A stretch of DNA of 64,000 nucleotides from Verrucomicrobiia bacterium (GTDB lineage: Bacteria > Verrucomicrobiota > Verrucomicrobiia > CAIQCK01), in the NCBI GenBank assembly GCA_041667205.1, contig JBAYFL010000015.1:83263-147262 (forward strand). Reading direction: 5' to 3'. Under the pieces are notes generated by a model. The model had not been told where the DNA came from and made no database searches. It saw only the letters and a list, made by a program, of their open reading frames with translations. Positions 47,380 through 56,654 of the stretch are shown here, piece after piece (the stretch's first letter is position 1; each line of letters opens with the position of its first letter). Both the position numbers and the translations under genes were made by a program.

Positions 47380-48732
47380 CTATAGTCCCGCGACCTGCCA
47401 GCCTTTGCGGTAGGTGCGGCGCAGGAGACGGTTCGCCTTTGGGTCGTTGGCGATTTTCATGCCAACCGCGTCCCATTCCAGCACCGTGCCGGGCACGCGG
47501 ATCGCCACGGTGCCGAGCAGGATCGCCTCAGCCATCGGGCCGGTCTGGCCGAAGTGCGACTCGGTCATCTCGCCGCCAAGGCAGGCGTCCGCGAAGTGAT
47601 GATAATGATTGCGCGGCGACGGCTTCGGGCGCGGGAGGTCCTTGAACTTCTCGCGCGGGAACAGCAGCGGCCCCGTGCCGAGTTGCACCAGCAGCGCGCC
47701 TTCGGAGCCGATGATCATCGCTGATTCCTCCGGATACTTCTCCAGACTCGCGATCTTCTGCACGTCGGCGGGCGGGAGCATCTCACCGTCGAACCACTCC
47801 ACCGTCAGTTCCTTGCCGCCCGTCAGTTTGCTACCGGGAAACATCCATGTGATGTGCTGGCACTGCGGCCAGTTGTCGGCGCGGCGCTCGGGCGATTCTT
47901 CCCATGACTTTTGCACCTCGGCAACAACGGTTCTTGGCGCGGTGAGGCCGAGACCTTTCCAGACGCAATCGAAGACGTGGCAGCCGATGTCGCCCGACCA
48001 GCCGGTGCCGAAGTCCTGCCACGCGCGCCACTTCGTCGGATGATAAATGCCCGGCGCGAACGGCCGCTCCGGCGCGGTGCCGAGCCAGAGGTCCCATGCG
48101 AAGTTTGCGGGCGGCGGCTCGCCCTGAGCTGGACGCGGGCCTTTGAGCCGGTAGTTTTCGACCGCGCCCGTGCGGTTCGAGCAGAGGATCACGCGCTTGG
48201 CGTTGCCGAGGACGCCGTCGCGCAGGAGCCGCACTGTCATGCGGTCGCCCATGCCGGAGGCAAACTGTGTGCCGAGTTGCGTGACGACGCGCGCGGCCTT
48301 GGCGGCCTTGGCGAGGGTGCGGCACTCGGCGACGTCGTGACAGAGCGGCTTCTGGCAATAGACGTGTTTCTTCGCGCGCAACGCCGTCATCGTGATCGGC
48401 GCGTGCATGTGGTCGGGCACGGTGACGTTGACAGAGTCAATCTTGCCGCCTTCCTTCGCCAGCAACTCGCGCCAGTCGGTGTAACGGCGCGCGTTGGGTA
48501 GCAGCGCCGCGGCTTTGTCCAAATGCGCTCGGTCCACGTCGCAGATGGCAGCGATCTCCACTTTGGGATGCGACTTGAAGTTGTTGAGGTCGTTCCAGCC
48601 CATACCGCCGACGCCAATGCAGGCGTGACTGAGCTTCTCGTTGGAGGCGAAACCATCACGGCTTATCGCGAACGTCGTTAGACCCGCGGTGGTGGTCTGG
48701 AGAAAACTGCGGCGAGAAATGCTGCTTGTCAT
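47380..48732 (-). CDS. Gfo/Idh/MocA-family NAD(P)-dependent oxidoreductase with Tat signal peptide
   Basis: Tat motif SRRSFLQTTTAGLTTFA. Rossmann block CIGVGGMGWNDL and the EKP motif. Confidence 0.8.
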   Translation of the reverse strand: MTSSISRRSFLQTTTAGLTTFAISRDGFASNEKLSHACIGVGGMGWNDLNNFKSHPKVEIAAICDVDRAHLDKAAALLPNARRYTDWRELLAKEGGKIDSVNVTVPDHMHAPITMTALRAKKHVYCQKPLCHDVAECRTLAKAAKAARVVTQLGTQFASGMGDRMTVRLLRDGVLGNAKRVILCSNRTGAVENYRLKGPRPAQGEPPPANFAWDLWLGTAPERPFAPGIYHPTKWRAWQDFGTGWSGDIGCHVFDCVWKGLGLTAPRTVVAEVQKSWEESPERRADNWPQCQHITWMFPGSKLTGGKELTVEWFDGEMLPPADVQKIASLEKYPEESAMIIGSEGALLVQLGTGPLLFPREKFKDLPRPKPSPRNHYHHFADACLGGEMTESHFGQTGPMAEAILLGTVAIRVPGTVLEWDAVGMKIANDPKANRLLRRTYRKGWQVAGL

Positions 48733-48809
48733 GACATGTTCCTTTCAAATCAACGCGCCTGCAATGTTACCCGACAAACCGCCGGAATGCCCGCCATTAT
48801 GTTCGTCGT

Positions 48810-49853
48810 TCAGCGCCCGCCCATCAGGTGGCTGACGATGAAGCGTTCGAGGCCCTCGTAGTCGCGCGCGGCGATGAAGGCGGCTTCCTTCTTGCGGTCG
48901 AGCGTGCGGACCTTCTCGACCAGCGCGAGGAAGAACGCGCGGCTGTTGGCCAGATGTTTGACGCCGTCTGTCTGTCGCGTGGCACGCATGGCTTTTACGT
49001 CGAGACCGATGAACTCGCCTTTGCTGCCGTAGCCGGCCTCCTCCAGCACGCGAATCTGGTTGAACGCGCGGCGGAGATCCACCGCGCCGAAGGACTTGTC
49101 CTCGTCGAACTTCAGTCCGTTCTGGTCGTTGAGATGCACGCTCCAGAGCTTGCCGTGGGCCAGCGCGTAGGCCATCTCGTCGGACGGGTCGAGGCCGGCG
49201 AGGATGGCGTGGGCGCTCTCGATCAAGCCGCCGACGCGCGAGGGGTCGTCGGTGCGGTAGGCCAGCCCGATGGCGTGGCCGATGGTCGGGATGTAGGTGT
49301 GGTCCATCGGCTCGTTGGGCTTCGGCTCAATGGCGATGCGGATGCCGCGGTCGTAGGCGAGCATCTTGTTAATGGCCTCCAGCAGGTGCTCCACGGCGAG
49401 GCGGGCGTTTTTCGCTTCGCGGATGTAGGTGCCTTCGCGCGCGAGCCAGATCACCATCAGGTCCGTGCCGAGGGCGCGCATGATGTCAATGGTCCTGAAG
49501 CTGCGGTCCAAGGCGTATTGGCGGTCGGCGGCGGAGTTGGAGGTGTAGCCGCCGTCAATGGTGTGGGGATTGAACCAGAGCCGCGGCGCGACGAACTCTG
49601 CGACGAGGCCGTGGTCGTCGAGCTGGCGTTTGACGACGCGGGCCTTCGAGATGATCTGCGCGGGCGTCATCGCGTCCATGCCGGGCACGGCGTCGTCGTC
49701 GTGGAACTGCACGCCGTCAAAGCCGAGCTTCTTGTAGAGCGGGAGTTTCTTGCCGAAGGCGATGGGCTTGCGGGTTTCGGGGCCGAACGGGTCGGCGCCT
49801 TCGCTGATGTTCCAGGGGCCAAACGAGAAACGGTAGTTGGTAGGTGCGCTCAT
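48810..49853 (-). CDS. xylA: Xylose isomerase, class I (actinobacterial-type, short form)
   Basis: Start at MSAPTNYRFSFGPW. Blocks FSFGPWN..DPFG, FHDDD, IAIEPKPNEP, IPTIGHAIG and GKLWSVHLNDQNGLKFDEDKSFGAVDLRRAF match class I XylA throughout. Confidence 0.8.
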   Translation of the reverse strand: MSAPTNYRFSFGPWNISEGADPFGPETRKPIAFGKKLPLYKKLGFDGVQFHDDDAVPGMDAMTPAQIISKARVVKRQLDDHGLVAEFVAPRLWFNPHTIDGGYTSNSAADRQYALDRSFRTIDIMRALGTDLMVIWLAREGTYIREAKNARLAVEHLLEAINKMLAYDRGIRIAIEPKPNEPMDHTYIPTIGHAIGLAYRTDDPSRVGGLIESAHAILAGLDPSDEMAYALAHGKLWSVHLNDQNGLKFDEDKSFGAVDLRRAFNQIRVLEEAGYGSKGEFIGLDVKAMRATRQTDGVKHLANSRAFFLALVEKVRTLDRKKEAAFIAARDYEGLERFIVSHLMGGR

Positions 49854-49971
49854 ATAGATCCTTTGTTGAGTTGTTGCGCGCACTCTACCCGATGGCGGCT
49901 TTCACTCGCTACGCTTCGATGCTCAAACGCTGGCACTATCATCTCATCACTGACGTTGCCTTTTCCTGCGC

Positions 49972-50895
49972 TTGGTGCCAATCATGCCAGCCATGCAGCC
50001 GCCACGTGAAGACATCCGCCTCGGCACGGGCCAGACGTTCCGCCTGTTGCGCTGGAGCCACAACGTCCGGCGCGTGGAAGCCGTGCTTGCACCCGGCAAG
50101 GCTGTCCCGCTGCAAGGCTACGGCGACCACTGGCATTACCACCGCGAGACCGAGCTGACACTCTTCCAGCGCGGAGCGGGCACGCGCTTCGTGGCCGACT
50201 GCATCGAGTTGTTCGAGTCGGGAGACCTTGTGCTCATCGGCGCGAACGTCCCGCACTACTGGCATTTGCGCGGCGACTCGGCGGGGCTTGCGATCCAGTG
50301 GGATTTTCCGCTCGAACACGGTATCTGGAGTTTCAACGAAGCCGCTCCGCTGCGCGCGCTCGCCGAGTCCGCCCGGCGCGGTCTGCACATCCGCGGCGCG
50401 ACGGCGGACACTGTGCGGCGGCTCATGGAACAACTCGCCGCGCTCACCGGCCTGCCGCGGCTCGCCGCGTTCCTGAAACTCCTCTCCGAACTGGCCGCCG
50501 CGCCCGCGCGGGATGTCTGTCCGCTGGCCGCGCGTCCATTCTCCCTCTCCGGCACCGACGAACAACAAGAGGCCGTGCGCCGCGCCGTGAGCTATATCAT
50601 CGCCAACTACCGCGAGCCGGTGCGCCTGCCGGAACTGTTGCGGCTCGCGGGGATGAGCCGCGCGACGTTCGCACGCCAGTTCCATCGCCACGCGGGCAAG
50701 TCCTTCTCGACCTTTCTCAACCAGGTCCGTCTCCAAGCCGTCTGCCGCGCCCTCCGCGACACCGCCGAGCCGATCAGCAGCATTGCGCTGGGAAACGGCT
50801 TCAACCAGTTGTCGTTCTTCAACCGGCTTTTCCGCCGTGAATTTGGCATCAGCCCGTCCGATTATCGGGCGAAGAAGCGCGTCAGGGCTGCTTGA
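49972..50895 (+). CDS. AraC-family transcriptional regulator (cupin sensor plus C-terminal HTH), divergent from xylA
   Basis: N-terminal cupin. The C-terminus YIIANYREP...LAGMSRATFARQFHRHAGKSFSTFLNQVRLQ...FNQLSFFNRLFRREFGISPSDYR is the canonical AraC-type HTH. Confidence 0.8.
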   Translation: MVPIMPAMQPPREDIRLGTGQTFRLLRWSHNVRRVEAVLAPGKAVPLQGYGDHWHYHRETELTLFQRGAGTRFVADCIELFESGDLVLIGANVPHYWHLRGDSAGLAIQWDFPLEHGIWSFNEAAPLRALAESARRGLHIRGATADTVRRLMEQLAALTGLPRLAAFLKLLSELAAAPARDVCPLAARPFSLSGTDEQQEAVRRAVSYIIANYREPVRLPELLRLAGMSRATFARQFHRHAGKSFSTFLNQVRLQAVCRALRDTAEPISSIALGNGFNQLSFFNRLFRREFGISPSDYRAKKRVRAA

Positions 50896-52504
50896 GTGGA
50901 TCGTCGGGGAGTTTTTCCACGAACGGGTCGCCGTCGGCTTTCATCACATCCAGCAGGCGGCGATGCATCTGGCGCACGAGGTTGGCGTGCTGGGGCGCGT
51001 CGGCCAGGTTTTTGTTTTCGTCGGGATCGGCTTGGAGATCGTAGAGCGCGACCATCTTGGGCTTTGGGCCGAAGACGTATTTGTAATGGTCGATGCGGAT
51101 CATGCGCTGGTGATCGGCGCGTTGGCAAAAGGCGTAGTCGCGCCACGGCACGTCGCGGCCCTCGATCAGCGGACGCAGAGACTGGCCGTGGAGCCGTTCG
51201 GGGATGGACTGGCCGATGTAGTCGAGGATGGTGGGCATCACGTCTATCTGGCTCACCGGTTGGCGCACGACCGTGCCGGGCTTGATGACGCCCGGCAGGC
51301 GCATCAGGAACGGAATTCGCACGAGGTCGTCGTAGAAGCCGGCGATGGATTTGCCGATGCAGCCGTGCGCGCCAACCATGTCACCGTGGTCGGTGGTGAA
51401 GATGACGAGCGTCTTCTCCGCGAGGCCGAGTTCGTCGAGCTTCTTCAGGATGCGCCCGACCTGGTCGTCAATGTATTTGACCATGCCATGATAAATGGCG
51501 GCGTATTCGCGCAGGCCCTCGTCGCCGGCGAGGTCGCCGAGGCGTTTGCTGGGCCCGCGCGCGTCCCAATCGGGCAGCGTCCGGGTGCCGAGCAGCGCGA
51601 TCTTTTTGCGGTCCACCATGCTGTAATATGGCTCCGGGATGACCCAGAGGTCGTGCGGCGGACTCCACGAAACGGTGATCATAAACCGCTCGCGCGCATG
51701 TTTCTCAATCAACTGGATCGCCTCGTCGGTCATGCGCGTCTCTGGCAGCAACTCCGGCGGGATGACGGAACGCCCGATGATGCCGATGTAGGCGATGCGG
51801 TTCTTTGCGCCTTTGCCGAACTCGCGGTAAGCCTTCTCGATGGCCGGGATCATCTCCACGGGCCGGTTCAGGTATTTTCCGGGACTCGGATGGTTCGCAA
51901 ACTTTGCCGCCGGCAGTCGCTCTTCGAGGAAGCGCCCATACTCCGGGTTGGTTTTGCCGAGATACGTCCGCGACTCGTAGCAGTCGAAATCGCCTGTGTC
52001 GCCCAGATGCCACTTGCCGCGATGCGCCGTGGCGTAGCCGGCACGATGGAGGGTCGTCTCGGTGTTCGGGAAAGCGTTTTGATTGAGCGGTTGTTGTCCC
52101 TGATGCCTGCCGTCCACGTTCGTCAAGATGCGATGCCGGTGCGGATAAAGCCCGGTGATGAACGACGCCCGCGACGGCGAGCAGAAGGGCGTCACGCATG
52201 TCGCGTTCAGGAACAATGCCCCCTCGCGGCCGATGCGGTCCATGTTCGGCGTGGTGATGTAGCGGTTGCCCGTCAGCGACAGCGAGCGATGGTGCTGTTC
52301 GTCGGTCATGAGGAACAGCACGTTGTAGCCGCTGGGCTTTCCGTCGCTGGCTGCTTGCGCCACTGCGACCCAGCCAGCCAGCAGCGTCGCGGCGATGGTT
52401 GCGAAGACGGCCGCGCAAAGGATCTGGCGACCTGACAGCGCAGTTGAAGGAAGATGAGTTCGAGAGTGAGGTTCGCCCGACTGAAAGAGGTGCGGTGTGC
52501 TCAT
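50882..52504 (-). CDS. Sulfatase (Cys-type)
   Basis: NVLFLMTDEQH, the CSPSRASFITGLYP active-site motif, and GKWHLG. Confidence 0.85.
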   Translation of the reverse strand: MSTPHLFQSGEPHSRTHLPSTALSGRQILCAAVFATIAATLLAGWVAVAQAASDGKPSGYNVLFLMTDEQHHRSLSLTGNRYITTPNMDRIGREGALFLNATCVTPFCSPSRASFITGLYPHRHRILTNVDGRHQGQQPLNQNAFPNTETTLHRAGYATAHRGKWHLGDTGDFDCYESRTYLGKTNPEYGRFLEERLPAAKFANHPSPGKYLNRPVEMIPAIEKAYREFGKGAKNRIAYIGIIGRSVIPPELLPETRMTDEAIQLIEKHARERFMITVSWSPPHDLWVIPEPYYSMVDRKKIALLGTRTLPDWDARGPSKRLGDLAGDEGLREYAAIYHGMVKYIDDQVGRILKKLDELGLAEKTLVIFTTDHGDMVGAHGCIGKSIAGFYDDLVRIPFLMRLPGVIKPGTVVRQPVSQIDVMPTILDYIGQSIPERLHGQSLRPLIEGRDVPWRDYAFCQRADHQRMIRIDHYKYVFGPKPKMVALYDLQADPDENKNLADAPQHANLVRQMHRRLLDVMKADGDPFVEKLPDDPLKQP

Positions 52505-52735
52505 GCACGAATGCCTAGCACTCCCAAAGGTGTATTCAAGACGATTTTGTGCAGCGCAATTGGGATCAACCGAGACTCGACAAGCGGAGCGCCGCTGCTA
52601 TCATGCGCGCGGAGTTCCTAACCGAGCTGAAACATGAACTCACGGCCTGCATCGCCCGGATGCAGTTCCTGCCGCGCCCACGGTTGCGGCTGCGCTCTCG
52701 TATTGCCCAAGTCCACCCCGTAAGGAGAAACTGCC

Positions 52736-54241
52736 ATGAACCCATCGCACCATCATCATAATTGCCACTGCTGCATTTCGCGTCGCGACTGCCTGAAGTT
52801 TCTTTCAATGTCCGCGCTCGGCGCGGGCATGGTCGGGCCGGCGTTGAGTGCCGTCGCCAAAGAGAGGTCGAAGTATGCGAACCCCGATTACGTGGACGTA
52901 GCCAAACTGCTGCCGTGCCCCGAAGTGCGGATGGCGGCTGCGATTTTCGAGAAGCCACGGCCCTACTGGCTTGGCTGGCCCGGCACAACTTACGACCTTG
53001 ATGCCCGCCAGAAGGAATACAAAGCCAAGCTCGCCGATTCCAGCCGCCGGCTTGGCATCACGACCAACCTCGCGCCCAGTCCCATCAACGACGAGGCCGG
53101 TGTCGGCGCGTTCATCGAGAAGATCAAGACCGAGAAACCGCACGGCGTGCTGGTGATCCTCCAGAGCATCTTCTGCTGGCCGTGGCTGACGCGGCTCTCG
53201 AAGGAAACCGGCGTGCCGCTGATCGTGTTCGCGCCAGTCGGCGTGGCGTTCACGGGCCACGTGCTGCGACTCTCGCGACAGCCGGGCGTCCATGTTGCCT
53301 CCACGCTCGAATGGTCCGCCGCTGAGGACGGCATGAGGATGCTGCGGGCGAAGCGGATGTTCGAGGAGACGCGCGTGCTGTGGATCCGCCGCAACGAGCG
53401 CAACGAAACCGTAATGGAGCGGCTCGGCGCAAAGGTCCGCGCCATCCCGCGCGACACGTTCAATCTGAGCTTCGACAAACAGGATGTCAGCCCGGAGGTT
53501 CGCGACGTCGCCAGCGACATGCGCCGGCGCGCTAAGCGCATCGTCGAGCCGAACCACAACGACTGCCTCAACTCCGCCCGCGCGTATGTCACCGCCAAGC
53601 GCCTCATGGCCGACGAACAGGCCAACGCGCTCTCGATGGATTGCCTCGGCATGGTCAGCGCCAAGCTGATGCCCACGCCGCCGTGCATGTCGTGGGCGAT
53701 GCTGATGGACCAGGGCATCACCGCCGGCTGCGAGGCCGACCTGTTCGGTGCGTTCTCGTTGATGATGACCAGCTACTTGCTCGACCGGCCGGGTTTCATG
53801 AACGACCCCGTGCCGGAGACCGCCAAGAACCTGCTCATCGTTGCCCACTGCACCAGCGGCACCAAGATACGCGGGTTCAACAAGTCGGCCGCGCCCTACA
53901 TCCTGCGCAACCACTCGGAGTCAGCGCTCGGCGTCTCCGTGCAGGTCTTGTGGCCCGTCGGCGACCCAGTGACGCTCGTGCGGTTCAGCAACGCCAACGA
54001 GATGATTATTGACACCGGCAAGGTCGTCAGCAACGTCAACACCCCGCCCGCCGGCGGCTGCCGCACGTCCGTGGAGGTTGCGATGGACAACGTCGAGGAC
54101 TGTCGCGACGTGAAGGGCTTCCATCAGGTCGTCACCTACGGCAACCACCGCCGCATGTTGGAAGCCTTCTGCCAGCTCTACGACATCAAGGTGGTTCGCT
54201 CACCGGAGCATCGGCCGGAACCGGAGGCGAAGATTGTATGA
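52736..54241 (+). CDS. Tat-exported hypothetical protein with His/Cys-rich N-terminus (HHHHNCHCC) preceding the twin-arginine motif; weak sugar-isomerase-like architecture
   Basis: AAGGAG sits 8 nt upstream of the ATG at 52736. Tat motif SRRDCLKFLSMSALGAGMVGPALSAVA. The mature protein has a Rossmann-like N-domain followed by a CEAD acidic block. Family assignment is not confident. Confidence 0.45.
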   Translation: MNPSHHHHNCHCCISRRDCLKFLSMSALGAGMVGPALSAVAKERSKYANPDYVDVAKLLPCPEVRMAAAIFEKPRPYWLGWPGTTYDLDARQKEYKAKLADSSRRLGITTNLAPSPINDEAGVGAFIEKIKTEKPHGVLVILQSIFCWPWLTRLSKETGVPLIVFAPVGVAFTGHVLRLSRQPGVHVASTLEWSAAEDGMRMLRAKRMFEETRVLWIRRNERNETVMERLGAKVRAIPRDTFNLSFDKQDVSPEVRDVASDMRRRAKRIVEPNHNDCLNSARAYVTAKRLMADEQANALSMDCLGMVSAKLMPTPPCMSWAMLMDQGITAGCEADLFGAFSLMMTSYLLDRPGFMNDPVPETAKNLLIVAHCTSGTKIRGFNKSAAPYILRNHSESALGVSVQVLWPVGDPVTLVRFSNANEMIIDTGKVVSNVNTPPAGGCRTSVEVAMDNVEDCRDVKGFHQVVTYGNHRRMLEAFCQLYDIKVVRSPEHRPEPEAKIV

Positions 54242-55392
54242 ACGCGAGGCAACGAGTTGTTGAGGCTTCTGTCGTCGCGTTCGTCTTGTTGCACGCTTCA
54301 TTCGCGCATGCGGCCGACGGCGTCGCGTTCACCTCGCCGGGCTTTACGCCGTCGCAGATGAACGCCGCGGGCCAGCTCGTCGAGGACTGGGGCGCGGTTG
54401 GCGTGAAACTCAGCGGCGAAGGCGTGACTGACGCGGTGCCAGCGGTGACAGCGATCAAACTCGACGGCGTGGTTCCCGCAGCGCAGGCCGTGTCGCGATG
54501 CGGGACCGTGGCACTAACGCTGACAGCGTTCCGCGCTCCAGCGTATCCGGCGGGTGTGGACGTGCTCTCCGTTCGAGTCGAGGAGAAGCAGGGCCGTGCC
54601 GCGAACGTCACGGTCACGCTCGAACTGCCAGCGAAAGCCAGCGCCGGCCTGCGCACCGCGAGACTCAACGGGCGCGCCGTGCTGACGCTGCCGCCGCGCG
54701 AGGAATCCGGCGAGAAAGCCCGCAACTGGGGCCATTGCGACGAAGCGTCGTCGCTGCCGGGCTGGGCGAAACCGGCCGGGCCGTGCGACCCGGCGTTCCG
54801 CAATATCCGCGCCGGCATGGGCGGGGCGCCGATCATCTATCGGTTCGCCGTGCGGCCCAAGAGCAAGGCGAATGTCGTGCTCGGCTTCTGCGAAAGCCAT
54901 TGGGCTGAAGCCGGCCAACGACGGCTGAGTTGCAGGGTCGAGGGCGCGCCGCCGCAGGAGGTGGACCCGATCGCCAAGTGGGGCCGGCACAAGCCAGGCG
55001 CGTTGCTGTTCGATGCGCGCGACGAGGACGGCGACGGCAGGATCAGCGTCGTCATCCGAGGTGCGGCGGACGCGAAGGACAAGAACCCAATCCTCAACGC
55101 GATCTGGGTTTTCCCCGGCGGCGCACCGCCGGACCTCAAGCAAGTCATCGCCGGCAAGCTGAACTCCGCAGCGCGGCGCTATGTGGATGTCGGCGGCCAG
55201 AACGACCAGTCGCTTTATCCCGGAGGCAAGCTGGAGTATCGCCTCTCGCTGCCCGCGCGCGGCTCACAGGAACTGGCGTTTTTCGCCGCGTGCCAAGGTG
55301 GTGTTGCGCCGATACCGGACGCCAGCGCATGGACCGCGGAGACGTTGCGCCGCGCCGCCCGCGAGGTCTGGCGCGACTGGCGGGAACGGTAG
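54238..55392 (+). CDS. Exported hypothetical protein (ATGA start/stop overlap with the upstream gene)
   Basis: Signal peptide VVAFVLLHASFAHA. No family recognised. Confidence 0.4.
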   Translation: MNARQRVVEASVVAFVLLHASFAHAADGVAFTSPGFTPSQMNAAGQLVEDWGAVGVKLSGEGVTDAVPAVTAIKLDGVVPAAQAVSRCGTVALTLTAFRAPAYPAGVDVLSVRVEEKQGRAANVTVTLELPAKASAGLRTARLNGRAVLTLPPREESGEKARNWGHCDEASSLPGWAKPAGPCDPAFRNIRAGMGGAPIIYRFAVRPKSKANVVLGFCESHWAEAGQRRLSCRVEGAPPQEVDPIAKWGRHKPGALLFDARDEDGDGRISVVIRGAADAKDKNPILNAIWVFPGGAPPDLKQVIAGKLNSAARRYVDVGGQNDQSLYPGGKLEYRLSLPARGSQELAFFAACQGGVAPIPDASAWTAETLRRAAREVWRDWRER

Positions 55393-55503
55393 GCGGTTCC
55401 GGTTGGAGCTGTTTGTGCGCCAAGCCGCGCTTGCATCGGCGGCGGCGGTTGTTATTCTTCGCCCGCGTTTTCGAGGACGCGTGGTTTCAAAGGACGGTCG
55501 CGC

Positions 55504-56187
55504 ATGAAAGATCTCAAAGCTTGCTTGGCGGAGATGTTTGGCACGTTCGCGCTGGTTTTCACCAGCATTGGTGCGATCTACAACGCCAACCATCAACAGA
55601 TGGATCTGCTCGGCATCGCACTCGCCTACGGCTTGGCGACGGCAGCAATGGTATCAGCCACCGTCGCCGTTTCCGGCGGTCATCTGAATCCCGCCGTCAG
55701 CTTCGGCGCGTTTCTCGCCGGCAGAATGGGATTCGCACAGACCGCCCGCTACATCGTCGCGCAGCTCGCCGGGGCGGCGCTGGCTGGTTTTATCTGCGTA
55801 ACGGTGTTCAGCACGGGAGTCGTCAGCACTGCAACGCCCAATCTCGGCAAGGACGTGTCCATCGGCACTGCCATCCTCGTGGAGGCGGCGCTGACGTTCC
55901 TGGTGGTGTTCGCCATGTTCGGCACCGTCATGGACGCGCGAGGACCGAAGCTCGGCGGGCTTTGCGTCGGCTTGGTCGTGGCTGCGGGCGTGTTATTCGG
56001 CCAGCCACTGACCGGCGCGGCCATGAATCCGGCGCGCGCGTTCGGCCCGGCGGTCGTCAGCGGCCATCTTGCGAATCACGCGGTTTACTGGATCGGCCCG
56101 ATGCTGGGCGCGGCGCTGGCGGGTGTGATTTATGGACGGTTCCTGATCCTGCCGGATGAATTGCCAATGGCACCGAAGAAGAAGTAA
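55504..56187 (+). CDS. MIP-family aquaporin/aquaglyceroporin
   Basis: Two NPA boxes (HLNPAVSFG and AMNPARAFGP) and six TM helices. Confidence 0.85.
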   Translation: MKDLKACLAEMFGTFALVFTSIGAIYNANHQQMDLLGIALAYGLATAAMVSATVAVSGGHLNPAVSFGAFLAGRMGFAQTARYIVAQLAGAALAGFICVTVFSTGVVSTATPNLGKDVSIGTAILVEAALTFLVVFAMFGTVMDARGPKLGGLCVGLVVAAGVLFGQPLTGAAMNPARAFGPAVVSGHLANHAVYWIGPMLGAALAGVIYGRFLILPDELPMAPKKK

Positions 56188-56215
56188 AAAGTATCGCGTG
56201 TCGCGGATCACAACC

Positions 56216-56641
56216 ATGGCTCATGCTAGAAAAAACTCGCAGTCGAAACCCGAAGGCCGCCGCGTTTGGATTGTGCCCGACGCCTACCTGCCGCCGTTGA
56301 CGGCGGAGGATGAGGCGAAGCACGCGAGCGGCCAGGGCTACTGGAGCCATGAATCGCTTTGCATTGTCAACACCGGCCCGAAACCGGCGCATTTATCGCT
56401 GAACTTTTATTTCGAGGACCGGCCGCCAGTGAAGAACATCCGTGTTACGGTAGGTGCCGAGCGCACGTGGCACATCCGCTTCGACAAGCCGGAGCTGCTC
56501 GGCGGTTTCCGCGTGCCGGCTGGCGTGCCTTACGCGTTGAGGGTGGAGAGCAATGTGCCGGTGGTGGTGCAACACAGCCGGCTCGATACGACACAGTCCA
56601 ACTGCGCGTTTCTCTCCGTGGTGGCACACCCGGTGCGGTAG
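56216..56641 (+). CDS. ASRT-family protein (Anabaena sensory rhodopsin transducer-like beta-sandwich, PF07100)
   Basis: Start at MAHARKN. The segments GRRVWIVPDAYLPP, SHESLCIVNTG, LNFYFEDRPPV, RTWHIRFDKP and NVPVVVQHSRLDTTQSN align with ASRT (GRTCWAIAEGYIPP / SHETVCILNAG / IYYSDKEPV / VPIVVQHTRLDSRQ) from memory. Confidence 0.7.
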   Translation: MAHARKNSQSKPEGRRVWIVPDAYLPPLTAEDEAKHASGQGYWSHESLCIVNTGPKPAHLSLNFYFEDRPPVKNIRVTVGAERTWHIRFDKPELLGGFRVPAGVPYALRVESNVPVVVQHSRLDTTQSNCAFLSVVAHPVR

Positions 56642-56654
56642 CCGCGCCGTATCA

